Shown: positions 37,612 to 51,194, numbered from the whole stretch's first letter. The stretch is DNA of 59,626 nt, filler included, from Sphacelaria rigidula (GCA_964200075.2; 7 parts of 7 records of this genome joined end to end with filler, not necessarily neighbours in it); one strand, 5' to 3'. The notes: generated by a model from the letters alone, not told the origin. Numbers and translations: made by a program.

Positions 37612-38175
37612 ATCACGAAAGAGCATGTTGCCGCAATTCCACACACCACGGAAGAGGTAGACCAGCACCGCTCTGTATATCTACCTCTCTTCCCGCTATC
37701 GATCTTCATGGGAGAGCGCGACGAGTGGGTGGCAGTGGTGAGCATGCCATACGATGAACGCGTCGACATGTACCACCAGCTGGAAGACCCCGAGTTCATC
37801 TTCATCCTCGAGACCATGCTTGCGAGGGCGAGAAGCGAACGCCCAGACAAAGCCGTCGTCCAGCAACTGAAAAAAGATCTCGCTGGTTATTTCAGCCTGG
37901 ATGTATGCACCGACGACGATCTGAGCTTAGTGGGGAAACTGAGGATACCCAACGCGATTGTATCACCACAGCAGTGGACAAGAATGGAGGAAGCGTTCAG
38001 TGCGATCGTGGCGAGGGCAGGCAGCGCGGTGATCAAATTTCCCGCGAAGATAGACTTCGGGGTCGGGGGGATATCTCAGTGTCGGATCGCCCATGGGACC
38101 AAGTGGGAGCGGGATTCGACGTTTTTGGGGGATGTCAACGTTGACGGGACGCTGGAAGTGCGGAAGAGAAGCTGA
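37612..38175 (+). CDS. Probable terminal exon (187 aa) of an unknown protein; left arm of the foldback
   Basis: Pyrimidine tract plus ctccag|ATC acceptor; frame open to TGA; protein similarity to the inverted copy. Confidence 0.55.
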   Translation: MTKEHVAAIPHTTEEVDQHRSVYLPLFPLSIFMGERDEWVAVVSMPYDERVDMYHQLEDPEFIFILETMLARARSERPDKAVVQQLKKDLAGYFSLDVCTDDDLSLVGKLRIPNAIVSPQQWTRMEEAFSAIVARAGSAVIKFPAKIDFGVGGISQCRIAHGTKWERDSTFLGDVNVDGTLEVRKRS

Positions 38176-38689
38176 TGGTACATGGACAAGGGCAAGGTAT
38201 GAAGCACGCGAGCAAAACCGCAGTAGATCGAGATCTCCGTGCGGGGGATTTATCAAGCAAGTTGGACAACATCTACTGTCAAGGCGACGCTGGCCTTCTG
38301 TGGGATTGACATGTCTGCTGTAGTTGCTGCGTTCGTAATCCACAAGATACAGTACAGCCAACAGTCTCACACATCAAGATGTGCTCATCCTGCAGTGTCA
38401 GGTGTGGGGCGAAGAGACAAGTAGTCGTTCCTTCTCCTCCCTTTGCTACACACCTGAAACTGAAGGATGAGCATATGCTGACATGAAAGACTGTCGACTA
38501 AACTGCACCTTGTTGAAAACGAACGCAGAAATCACAGCACACAAGTCGGCCCCACAGAAGGCCAGCGTCATCTTGACAGTAGATGTTGTCCAACTTGCTT
38601 GATGAATCCCCTACGCAGAGATCTCGATCTACCGCAGTCTTGCTAGCGTGCTACATACTTTACCCTCGCTCATAGACCACCGCCTCCTC

Positions 38690-39256
38690 TTCCGCACTTC
38701 CAGCGTCCCGTCAACGATGACATCCCCCTCTTTTTAGTGGTAACAAATGTCGACTGCCGCTTCCACTCGGTCCCATGGACGATCCGACACTGATATATCC
38801 CCCCGACTCCGGAGTCTATCCTTGCGCGAAACCTGATCACCGTGCTGCCTGCCCTCGCCACAATCACACTGGACGCTCCCTCAAATCTCGTCCACTGCTG
38901 TGGTGATACAAGCACGTTGGGCGAGCCCATTTTTGCCAGTATGTTCAGATCCTCCTCGGTGCACACGTTCAAGCTGTAATAAGTGGCTAGGTCTGTTTTC
39001 TCTTGCTGAACGACTGCCTTGACTAGACATTCGCCCTTGCCCTAGCAGACATGGTCTCGTAGATGGAGACGAAATCGCGGTCTTCCATCTGGTGGGACGT
39101 CTCGACGCGTTCGTGCCATGGCGTGCTCACCACTGCCACCCGCTCCTGACGCTCTTCTATGGAGAGCGTTCGCGGGAAGAGAGGTAAATATACAGAGCAG
39201 TGCTGGTGTACCTCTTCCGCAGCGAGTTGAATTGCGGCAACATGCTGTCTCGGGAT
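38690..39256 (-). pseudogene. Frameshifted inverted paralog of the 37612-38175 exon
   Basis: Same acceptor; HVAAI..EEV.QH.SVYLPLFP, VSPQQWTR, IVARAGS and ID.GVGGI.QCRI.HGT.W are conserved; frame breaks near 39025. Confidence 0.75.
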
Positions 39257-41903
39257 CTGGAGACTGTTGGGAAGCAAGAAGTGGACGGATACCACAAGAC
39301 ACGAGACCCAACAGTGCTGACACAAATGGCTGTAAGGCACCTGTATCGGTGCACACGTACCATCACCTACTCTTCACATGCACGAACAATGAATCCTCAC
39401 TCACGGAACTACGCGCGTGCATCTTTTACGAAGCTCCCACTGACCTCGCTGCGCGTTGTTGCTGTACAACAGCTAGGGCCGTGAACCAGCGGCTCTGATC
39501 AGTCAGTTTATAACCGGCCAAGTCAACGGCTAGTCAATCAATATTTTGCCAGTTAATTAGCTCAAATCAATACACCGAGCGTCGAAGCCGCTAGCTCCAA
39601 CGCCCCCGCCTCTGGTTGGTGTGGCAGCCCCTGCGGAGCGTCGCCAGAGAGAAGAAAAAATGCGGCATTTGGCTTGTTTCCAGTTTAAAAATTGTGTATG
39701 ATTGTCAAAAATGTGAGCCTTCACATGAAGGAGATAAGAGGCGTAGATGGCATTAAACGTTCATGCTACGTGATGAGCGACATGAAAATTGGCCATCCGT
39801 AGTATGCAGCAGCAGAGCATCTGCATTGGAAGTGGAGGATGGGAACAAGCCAAGGCTGACAGCACGTGCGGGAAAGAGCGAAGTATTTCCCATACCCTGA
39901 CCGAAAAACACGCAAGACGTTGAGTAGCGAGCCGTGGTGTGTTGTGCATTTCGTGGTTGCGGATTTCCGTTTGTATTTTTTTTGTTTTGGGGTGTGCCAT
40001 GAAACGACGAACCCTGGCATGTATCCCTCCATCCCGTCACTTCGAGGTATGGTGATCATGTGCTGCATCATGTTCAGAACGTTGTTCACCATGCATCATG
40101 CAATGGGCAATTGGTGATGGGGGGTTGGCGTTACGCGACCCACATCTAGCATCCCACCATGTTCAAGTTATGCTTCTCTTCTCTTTTCTTGTTTCGTCGT
40201 TCGACTGACCAGCCGTCAACCTACACGGTATGGTCGTCACAGGAAAGACTGCAGAACAATGAGGTACCAACGGCGCAGGCGGAACAAAACCAATATAATG
40301 GCGGAAGCATCTTTGTTATTTAATCACCATAGTAAAATTGATGTGAACTGTAGCCGGTGACGGCAGAATCCAAAAAAACTCGATGACTCGTCGCCAGTTC
40401 GAGTGTAGATCCAGTTACCGTTTAAGCTGCGATATCAACTTGTCCAGTTAACAGCTCTAAGCATGTATCAAGCTGCACATGATATCAGATGCATCAGCAC
40501 GTACGAGCGAGCGAGGCGAGAAGGGAGATGGACAAGAAGGGCAAGTGCGCTCTACACGTATCTCACCACACGACACAGTTTGGTACACTCGGGGCAATAC
40601 GCTTCTCGAAGGAGTACAGCGCAGCACAATCGGTACTGTAGTCTTGTACGGTACACTTGCATGTTGTCACGTCCAACGACCAGGCCCCGTCTGAATCAAT
40701 ACTACCGTAGCTCCATCTCTATTTGTAGAAGAAACAGCCGAAGTTTATACGGTCTCTGTGAAATCGTCTGCACATCGCGCACATCATAGTACCTGGCGAC
40801 CACCCCAATATGTTCATTTGACATCATCTGAGAGCAGTTGATGATCGTCAAGTGTGGACCACAATGTCCCCAGTTGACTCTGGAAACGATGCGATTCGAC
40901 CCTCACACTCCTGGGTGGCATCTCTTTTATTTGTATTGCACCATAAGTTCGAAGTTTTCCCATTCTGTACATACGATCTCCTGTCGCCGCCACTACCTCT
41001 CCCAAATACAATTGCTTACGCCTGTGCCTTCAGTTTGGTTGATAGTATCATAATCTGGATATGGAGCAGTAGTGACTGTCACACTTCATGCCTGGCAGAC
41101 CGTTTCCGTGACAAATTCCTGTTATTACTCAACATCACCATGCATACCCCCAAGAGCAAGATTCTCTGTGAAACCGGATAGACCTTTTGGGGGGGGGATT
41201 GCTTACCCGGTGGTAGTTTTTTTGCTGCACTCTTGGATAGCAATTGAGCGGCATTCTCAGTACCACATTTGTATCTATGAATATAAATACTGACCCCGAG
41301 GTTCGTCCGCCACGCACACTGTGATGAACAAAGGACATCCATGAGTGAACAAAGGAAGCAAGGACATTCATGGGGGAAGGAACCGAGAAAATATCTGAAG
41401 ACAAAAGACATCGAACGATGCAAAAAAAGATAATAATAATTACTATTCAATTCCGTGAAACGCCCGAAAGCACACCAAAAGCGTGCCGACGTCGTGCCGA
41501 AGGAGCTACCGACGGAAGCGGGCAAAATACCCAACTACAGTGATGCCCCGAAAAAACTCCCGGCTTGAAGACTACAGAAGATCGCGCACCACCGTACAAA
41601 CACAGCATAGTCGGTTTCGTGTGAGGTGTGTACATCGGCGTACACCACCTGTATCGATCAGGCAGCCAGTCGTCGCATGCAAGCAATATTCTAGGTGAAG
41701 CTTCTGCTGGTGCTGGTGCTGCCGCTGTTACTGCTTTTCCCCATCTGTTCGTTTACCGTCTGCGTTTCTGTCTGTGGGTTGGCCTATTCGCTGGGGGGTC
41801 CGGGCTAGGCCCTACCGACATTCTTTGGCGTTGCCGTTCTGCACTTCACAAAATCGACTGATTTCGCCCCGCCAAAAACGAACGTTTTACGTAGCAGCCA
41901 CCG

Positions 41904-42200
41904 ATGTCCTCTCATATGGCCCATCTCACCGAGAGAAGATTTCTGAACGAGGAAATTCTTATTTTGTATGTGGTTGTGACAGTTGATGTTTTCAGTCTTT
42001 GTCATCCATTCAAGGCTGGTGCTGATCCTCGACGTCCTTTCAAACAATGCCTCAAAAATATCAATCATTATGGACATTACCTTTTGTGAGAACGGAGGAA
42101 CAATCCGTTGAACGTGCGAAACGTAAGGTACATTGGCTGGCATGCCTGGGCTAAGGAGAGGGTGCATATGCTACGACGATGCCTCTCATGTTCAGGATTC
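41904..42200 (+). pseudogene. Possible decayed Ulp1-like (C48) protease of a DNA transposon
   Basis: LTERRFLNEEIL..Y, PLNV, VHWLACL and ICYD in successive frames resemble the WLND..I..Y, P.N..HW and YDS motifs. Confidence 0.4.
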
Positions 42201-42672
42201 AAGGACATCGCAATTCGTGAGTAAATGCCTACACAATTATCCGAAATTAAATTCCTATGCAACTAGCCAAACCGTAGAAAACATCCCTCGTGTTTGGCGA
42301 GGTGAAACAGCGATCTTATCCCCCGGAAGGGAGAAGCGAGCGGTTGGAAGGGAAACTCTTTTCTTTTCACGCTTTATCTATGCCTTCGCGTGTTCCGACG
42401 CATCACCATCTGTCTGTAGCACGCTAAAACGGTAGATACGACCCATGTGATCGTGTTTTTGCCGGGGGGGGGGGGGGGGGGGGGGGGGCAAAATAATTTT
42501 TTAATTGGTTGGGTGGTAGAAGGTGTTGAGTAGGGGGGGGGGAAAAAAAAGAAATATTATTTNNNNNNNNNNNNNNNNNNNNNNNNNNNNNNNNNNNNNN
42601 NNNNNNTTAATTAATTAANNNNNNNNNNNNNNNNNNNNNNNNNNNNNNNNNNNNNNNNNNNNCGCGGGGGGG

Positions 42673-42711
<39 letters not shown>

Positions 42712-44261
42712 ATATGATTGCGCGAAAAAAGGGGCTCAACAGTGTGTCAGACGACCTGCCACACTCGCGGTGCGTTTGTATTTGGTTCAGAACGGTGTCA
42801 ATCGGTAAAAACGAACGTAATATATTTTATATAACAAGCTCATTCGAGCAACCGTTGCTCCTTTCAAGAATGATTTGACTTGGAATTTCGTGCAAGAAGT
42901 GGCCCCAAATACCCCACCCCCTATCGTAGGATGACTCTCAGCGTTTCTGCGACCTGATTCTTGCGACCGATTTTTGCGATAGGTGTTTTGCTAGGTTTTA
43001 CCACTCTAAAACCCCGACCGATTTCGGTTTTGGGGGGATAACTTCGTGAAGCAGACACCAAACGCATCTTGCTCCAAGGGGCACCTGCACACAGCAGTTG
43101 CCGCTGCCTACCTAGTATCATCCCCCAAATCGAAGTCTTGAGTGGGAACGCCCAGCGCTTGGTGCCCATGTGCAAGGAAGGATGATCTTCATCTAGTACC
43201 ATGCTCCAAAACGTACCTGACAAGGGGGTAACACCCCCGTACAGACAGTAGCTATGCTAGCGGATTCTACGTCCTGGCAGGCTGTGACAGTCTGGCAGCC
43301 AGCAAGGTGCTTATGGTAGTGTCCTTCTAGCGATGTCAACGTGAAGTGCACTGGGGCAGCGTTTGCAGGTGACTATTTCAGCGATTGCCTCTCCTGCAGT
43401 TCGCCCAGATGTTGCGGATTTTCTCTCGATATCTCATACATGTTGTGATGAAGCTTGATGGCATAGCATTATATCACGGCGTGCGGATCTGTTCGTAGAC
43501 CTTGGGTTCCGTGACGCGTTGTTACTGTGTTTGCTACTGTCATTAGTTAGGATTGTCCAGCCGCGGCCAGAGGCCGCGTTGACCCACCTCGATCAGTTAC
43601 TGGCCTTGCCTTGGTCTACTCTGGGCCATCACCACGCCCTGCTCCTATGGCTGCGCCGTGGCTGTACTGAGTAAGAGAGCTGCTTGTAGATATAACATGA
43701 TGCCATGAAACACGTGAGTTCCTAGCCAGCAATTTACACATGAATGGACCTACTGTGTGATTGCTCATGATGGATAGCTGTAGGTCGTACGTTGTGCCCA
43801 CGTGAGAGCTTGGTTTAGCTGGAACCAATGGTATCTCCTGGTACTCGTGCTGAGAGACCTCAGCCAGTGCATCAGCTACACACCACATCATTATGACAAT
43901 TGGCGTCGATAAACGGACCTTGTTCTGCTTGGTTAGGAGGTTTTTGTGTTTTTCTGCTCAAGCTGTAGTCAGTAATTCGCTCTACTTTTCTGCGTTTCTT
44001 ACTCGTATTTAGTGAGGCACCCCTGTGCTATTCTCATTGTCGTGGGCGTCAGCTCACTCTGGGTTCCGTTGCATTGTACAATGGTAGTGAAGACTGCTGT
44101 ACGTTTCCCCCGCTTCGCGTATCAATGATAGATATCTGCACCCCCACTGGTATGTTCCAGATTTATCGGTTATGATCCAGTCGAGTAGATTCCATGTGTC
44201 ATACTCTTGCGTTGACTAGCCCGACAGGTCATGGGCCATTCTGAGTCTGATTGATTTCGAC

Positions 44262-44430
44262 AGTGCCCCCTACTCGGGCACAGTCTTTTGGGAACTTATC
44301 TCAACGCGCGAATAGCAACTACCAGCCGGTTGCCAATAATACAAGAAGCATCAACACTATCACGGACTGCTATCTCAGAGGAGTCTTTGGTCTTCACAAA
44401 TGTAAGCCCGCGTTGCACGCATCATATGGG
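44262..44430. repeat. Diverged direct repeat of 50914-51080
   Basis: gccaataatacaaga.gcatc...atcacggactgc.atctc.gagga.tct.tggtcttcacaaa.tgtaagc is shared. Confidence 0.8.
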
Positions 44431-45163
44431 TCTTGTCTCCGGCGTGAACCTTGGGCATGCGCCGGGTCATTGGTGTGTGGGTTGACTCCCACCTGGCAAA
44501 TCGAACTCAATGGCTTCGATACTAATGATTGTGTTTGAGCAGCTAGCCTGGTGCCCACCATTCCCAGCTAGAGTATCGAGCCATGACATGGTGTCCATCC
44601 GTGCTTGTGTAGAGTCAACTCCGGTATGACCCTCAAAGGCGTAGCATGCGCCTCCGTAATTTTGTTTTGTGGGGAGGTTTGGGATTTCATCTTGTCGTGT
44701 CACTAGACTTATATATGGTAAATAGTGTGCGTTGCACACATGGGAGAAAATCCACACAGCAACAGACGCTCTTCTTTTCACGAGTACGAAACAACACAAC
44801 CGCGCTGCTTCACAGTTGCGTGCGCTCATTGTTTTCAACAGCAAAAACAACTGCACCAGGATATGCGTGTACTACAATTACGCGGAACAGTAAAGAGTAA
44901 GCATGGACTAGGTAGGCTTTGTCGTCCTGTCTGTTCGTGGTATTGCGTTGTTGCTCGCCGCACTTGCACTGCGTTACATACAACCCAAGCAGAGCGCCCA
45001 CCTGTGAGCGCCACCAACGGCTTTGTGCACGAGTTCATCAAGGATGGTTCATCAGCACGCCACGGAAGACGTCCAAAGCAAAAGTGAAATAACCTAGCCA
45101 AAACAAATGATAAAAGGCATAAAGGTCGAACGAGATTGCACGAGTCAACGAACCAGAGGGCCT

Positions 45164-45415
45164 ACAACTACGTCGGGGTGTTTTGGGACATCAAGTTCCA
45201 GACAGCTCCGGAAGCTGTACAGCCGCGTTGTTGTTATCCGTTGTTGTGGCTGTTCGTTGTTTGTTTGCTGCGATTATCGTTGTTGTCCTTTGTTTTTGTC
45301 ACTGTACTGCTGCTACCCTCTGTGGCTGTTCGTTGTTTGTTTGCTGCGGTTCGTTGTTGTCCTTTGTTTTTGTTATTGTGCTGCTGCGCACCGTCTGTCG
45401 CTCTTGTTATCGGCC

Positions 45416-45447
<32 letters not shown>

Positions 45448-46339
45448 CGTTGCTTCTGCCTGTTATCATCTGCTGTTGTTACGGCCGCTGCGGTCGCTGC
45501 TGCTTTGCTGTGTTGCTGTCGCTTTTGTGGCTACTATAAATGTTCATGTTGCAGTTGCTGCGGCTGTTTCCGCTGTACTGTCAGTTACCCTGCTATGTGG
45601 TTACTACTCCGCCTAAAGAACAATGCAACTTTGTTCTGCTGCTCGGCGGCTACTGTCCCGATTTTGCTTTGCTGGTCTGCGGTTACTGTCCCGCCTGAGG
45701 CGTTGCGAGTTTTGACGTTACCGCCCATGGGTAGTTGTACCCTGCTGGCTATCCCACTGCCTATTTAGCCCTCATGTGCGCGTCATGCCTGTTACACCAG
45801 CATGTAAAGTCACGAGTACTTTCCCACTCGCGTAGCGCGTAGTTTCCCACTCTGCTGCTTGTACGGTGCCCCACTTTGACCGCATGAGCTTTTACCGATA
45901 CAAGATTGTCATCACCATATGTGCCTAAATTGTTACACCGAGATCCCCACGCATCTGTTTCCCTGAAATGCACCTCTTCGTGGTGATGAGACGTTGTTCG
46001 CCGTTGTGGCCTACCCGCACACTATTTTAGCTTTCCCTGCATCGCGTCACCATCATCCCTTTTGGTTGGGATCACACATGTTACTAATTGTGTGTACGGG
46101 TTGGTCGGTAATTTAGAAATTCGTTTTGAACCCGCTGCTGCCCGTACTGTTCATTACTGCGGTTGCTTTGATTGACGACAATCCTTTGATGACCAACCTT
46201 TGAGGACCGATCCTTCTCGACAACAATTACGTCGGGGCGTTTCGGGACATCAGGCTCCAGACAGCTGCGGAAGCTTTGCAGCCGTGTTGTTATTGTATGT
46301 TGCTGCTGCTGCTGCTGCTGTTGTCTGCTGTCTGTTGTC

Positions 46340-46385
<46 letters not shown>

Positions 46386-46575
46386 CTTGTTCTTGTTCTT
46401 GTTGTATGTTGTTGCTACTGCTGTTGTATGTTGTTGCTGCTGCTATTGTTGTTTTCTGTTGTCTGTTGTCGCTGTTGCCTATTACGACTATTACTGTTGC
46501 TGCTGTTGTTGTATGTTGTTGTTGTTGCTGCTGCTGTTTCTACCGTGCTTTCTGCTACCCTGGTTGGCTGTTATT
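45164..46575. repeat. Two copies (45164-45603 and 46223-46575) of a module with a conserved head and tail around (GTT/GCT)n
   Basis: Head acaa.tacgtcgggg.gttt.gggacatca.g.tccagacagct.cggaagct; tail gctgtttc...taccctg. Confidence 0.85.
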
Positions 46576-47861
46576 GTCCCACTTGTTGTGGTTTTGCCTC
46601 TACCACCTACTGTCGGCTATATCTTTCTCGCTCGCCATCACATTGCATGTTGTCAGGTGCACGTACATTTTCCGTCCTCATTTTCTTTATGAACCTTGCT
46701 TCGATCTGATCGCACAGTTTTTTTTGTTTTGTCATTTGTCGCGTGCATTGTATTACCTTCGCCTGATCTACACCTGGTCAGACATAACATCATCGCTGTA
46801 CCTTACCAGCAATGATCGTGTTCTAGACATTCTCTACATTATCCCGGTAGTTTTATTGCAGAACAACTCACCATGATCAGTATGTACTTTGTTTCCGGGG
46901 TTGCATTTTTATTGTGGCCATGAGGATTTGTGGAATGCGCATGCAGTAAAGCTTCCATTGTATTTCGATCTTGTTTGCTTTTCTTTCATTTTACATATTC
47001 ATATTGTCTGCATCTCTGGGTATCGCGTCTACCATAATTGTCTTTTGAGCCCCTCGATTGTATTATGAGTGCTCGATAATTTCGCGCTGCAATATTTTTC
47101 ATTTCATGTTCTGGTAATTTTGTATTGTGTTTGGCGCTCGCGATGCTTTTCTTTGACCGCGCGGGTGTAGGCTATCTGCAGGGCTTTGTCTGTTGCGCCG
47201 CCTGTACTCATCATGCTTGAGCAGGATTCCGCTGGTAATCGTTTCATCTATCTGGTTCGCAAGACCGAAACGCCGAATTTACCGCCCGGCACACGACATT
47301 TCGATCTGCGTCACGTGGTATAAAACCGAGCCATATTTTCATGTCCCCCAAGACTTCCAACGTATACTAACCACGCCCTCTATTACTTCCGCCCTTGTTT
47401 CACTTACACTCTTGTCCTGGGTGTGTCGCATCCCGCTGAGGGAACCGGCGCTAAACGTCATTGCGTTGGGGAGGACACGCAGGAAACACTGAACGGTTTG
47501 CCAATGATGGTATGTTCCCGCGTGGATTGTCTGCAATTTGGTTCGGTTTAGCTAATACCGGGCACCTTTTTATGGAGTGTCCATAATTTGGTTTGGTTTA
47601 GCTAATCCCGGGTACCTTTTCATAGCATTTTGATTGCAGGGTCATTACCTTGGTGCCACTAAATAGGATCCCCATTTTATCCCACACTGGTACTCGATTG
47701 TATGGTTTGGTATTCACCAGGTTGACTTCTTGACGCATCCTGTACCGCAGTTGGATACTACCTTGTTCCTTCGCGGTACCGTAGTTGAATAATACATTGT
47801 TCAGTTGCTTCAAACTTGGTTTTCGATATCATGCTGCCACTCATCTTCCCGTGGATTGCCC

Positions 47862-48059
47862 TGTCATTACTTATTCAGCACGCAGACGTACGTAGTTGCC
47901 CTTCTTTATCTTTTTGCCCTTCATGTCTAGCGTACCATGCAAGGTGACTGCCAAATATTTTCGTGCAATGTCTTGTCATTACTTAGGCAGTACGCAGACT
48001 TGGTCGCCCTGCTTTATCTTTTTGCCCTTCACGTCTAGCGTACCATGCAAGGTGACTGC
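47862..48059. repeat. Tandem duplication, ~110-bp period
   Basis: tgtcattactta...ctttatctttttgcccttca.gtctagcgtaccatgcaaggtgactgc occurs twice. Confidence 0.9.
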
Positions 48060-49360
48060 GCGACTACATACCGTGTCTTTGACATTTCCTACAGTCCCTA
48101 CATATGATTTTCAGACACTCATTCCGCCGATGTGGTCGCTGAACCCCCTCGGGGGGGCGAAGCACGAGTTCCATATTTGTTGCTGGTTGTTGCCTCGCGT
48201 GCACACCCTTTGCCACAAAACAACGCGGCTTCCCACCATGAGAACGCCGCATGATCAGAAAAGAAATGCACAAGCTCCTTGACCGAGGTGTTGCTCACCC
48301 AACTTTCCCCAGCAAAGTTTGTGGATTACACGATTTTATGTTGAGTAAAATTCGCCAAGTTCGCCAAACATATCTTTACTGCAGGGTCTCACAGGTTCCT
48401 TAGCCTGTTGAACGATAATACCGGCATACAACCAGCCCCCTCCAAATGCAACGCAATTGCTCAGACGTCACGTCCATACAATCGAAAAAAACTACGTTTG
48501 TTTCTAAAGCCACCAGGTACCTTGGACAGTTTGTCCAGGAGCGTAGCATTCTAGTCGCCCTGCTGACCGATATTCTAAATAAGTAGGAAAGCCAACAGTA
48601 TTGCTGCACGATGTAGGTAAACGCGCGCTCTCCTTTTGCTGTCAAACTCTTGTGCCGTACAACTGCAGCAAGACTTCACCACCACAATCCGGTCGTGTCA
48701 TGGTGGCTCAGCTAGGATATGGCATACGAACTAGACTCTCGCCCAATGAGCATCGATGTACAACTCATGCGTGTGAGGGCATGTTTCTTGTCATTTCTGT
48801 GCTCTGTCTCGGTATATTTAGTACAACGTACCTTGTTGTTAGATTTTTACTCAGCATGCCCTGTCTATTCTCTTTTTCGCCATGATTATGTCTACAGTTT
48901 CACAGGGTTCGAAAACCTAGGGGAACGCCGGCTGAAAAGGTTACAGAATTGTACAAACCTTGGCCCCAGAGATGGTACGTTTCACGCACACTCTTGCGCA
49001 ATCGTACCCTACCCGACGACCGGACGCCATGCTACCGTCTGACACATTCTTCGTCGAGCTCTGGACTGGCCGTGAAGACTACACACGCACCACCGCTGTC
49101 TCAATAGCAAGAAGTTCCTTCCACATCCGCCCACCCTATCCGAAACACCTCATACCCGAAGTGTTTGCGTCACACCTTGACGGGGACCGAACTGGAACGC
49201 CACACCCACAGTCCACCTGACCCCTGAATTTGTGTCGTGTTGGACTGCATTGCCTGTATCTGTTACCATGCTGGATTGTCGAGAACTCTACGTTGTTTCA
49301 GGCACTGACGGGTGGGGAAAAGGGGAAGACTTCAAAAGGGGGGGGGGGCGTACCTATTTG

Positions 49361-50480
49361 TTTCGAGCATCCAAGTAATTCCCTTAGCTGCTGTAATCTG
49401 CACTGTTCCCCAACTCCTTTACCAACTTCACTTCATCCAAGTAGTTTCTGAGCTGTTGCACTCTGTACTGTTTTCATCTTCACTATTTTTATTGCATCCA
49501 AGAATTCTTTTCTTTGCTGCCATTTGCACCGTTTCCGCATCAAAGTATTCTCTTAGCTGCGGCCAGCTGCACTGTTTCCAGTTGTTTCATCATTTTCACC
49601 CCTTGCTTTGCCATGTCTCATGCTTGCATCAGATCATCCAAGAATACCTCGGTTAGAGAGTGTGATAACGTACATCCTGGTGCGACTCCTTCAAACAAAT
49701 TTAAAATATTTCGATATTTCCCTGTCTAGCACCGTCGCACTTTTGGCACATTTCTTTCGTCTTAATCGTCCACACCTTTCCTTTGATCACAGTTCCTCAT
49801 ATATTTTCCCACAACCCATTGCTCCATACTGCGTCATAAGCCTTTTGCACCTGTATCACCCCACAGTTTCTTCGACCCCGCCATCGCACTCGAAGCACCC
49901 CGCTTCCCCACGTAGTGATGCCTTGAAGCTTTTGCCACAGGTGCTACCTCCTGGAAAGGCTACATCAGTGCCGAGTTGAAGCACCACGTGTATGATTATG
50001 GGAATTTCTTTCGGCGAGTACGATACGAAGATGGAGACTGGAAACAGCCATCTCGCTTGGAAGTTTAGCGCCCCAAGCTTAAACGGAGGAGCCAAAACGT
50101 AGACTGCAGCCATGGACGTGTACGAATGGCTGTTGTGTAATGGGGTACACGATATCATTGCGAGAGGAATATGGTCGTGAAATACGGGAATATGTAACTA
50201 TATATTGCTGCTACCGTACGCTTCAGTTATGAACTTCGAGTGTTCCTTGTCTTTTTCTTGTGCCGCTTTGATATTGATTGCTTCCCATTTGGTGATATAC
50301 GGGCACATGTGTGAGCCAAGGCGCGTAGGCTCTATTTCTAGTAGAATTGGTGTCGGTAGTTACAGAAGAGCACCCCTCAAAAGCTGCACTCCTGTAACTA
50401 TTGATCAGTTCGCGGAAAGGTTGTTTTTAGCGAGGTTTAAACCCCGCACTACCCTAAAATTCAGTCTAACTGATCCAGGG
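49361..50480 (-). mobile_element. Decayed LINE (non-LTR) reverse transcriptase
   Basis: In order: GV.NL.K...SYR, VQKAYDAVWSNGLW..IKGKVW, EGVAPGCTLS, VFLDDL and LETVQ.AAKRILGC. Confidence 0.85.
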
Positions 50481-51194
50481 TGTCGACGCGCGATCACGCT
50501 AACTAGCCGATCGTTCTCCAGTCTAACTGAGATTCCGGGAAAACGACAGCAACCGTACTTGTCTGCTGTTTCTGTCGTTGGAAAGGACGTTATAGATTGT
50601 TTTCCTTTCCTAACGGATGGAGTTTTCCCCTGCTTATCAAGGTTTACCTATTCACTAAATCTGCAACGAGTTTTCCCCTGTACTGTAATTCAGCAGGTTT
50701 TTCTCGTTTTACTTTCAGGCGTATGGTGCACAGATTTTGTTTTTGTTCTGGCCCTTTCAGACCTCCAATAAATTTGTGTGTAGCCATATAAATATGGCTA
50801 GGGGGATGTTTCAGATTTATTGGTCATGTTCCAGTCGACGGGGTTTCATTTGTCATAATTTGTCATGCTTGGTACCTGATGGGTCATACTACAGTGCTTG
50901 ATTGAATTGACTTGGCCACCCCCTTTGGGTCACAGCGTTTTGGATTATGCATCTCAACTAGCAAAGCACAAGTTAGCCTGTACGCCAATAATACAAGAGC
51001 ATCTACGCCATCACGGACTGCGATCTCGGAGGATTCTCTGGTCTTCACAAAATGTAAGCTTGACCTCCATGCAACACATGTTGTGTTGCAGCCTNNNNNN
51101 NNNNNNNNNNNNNNNNNNNNNNNNNNNNNNNNNNNNNNTTAATTAATTAANNNNNNNNNNNNNNNNNNNNNNNNNNNNNNNNNNNNNNNNNNNN

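Noticed and set aside
45107-46876. Hydrophobic or Cys-rich ORFs as membrane proteins
   Set aside because: Translations of (GTT/GCT)n microsatellites in several frames.
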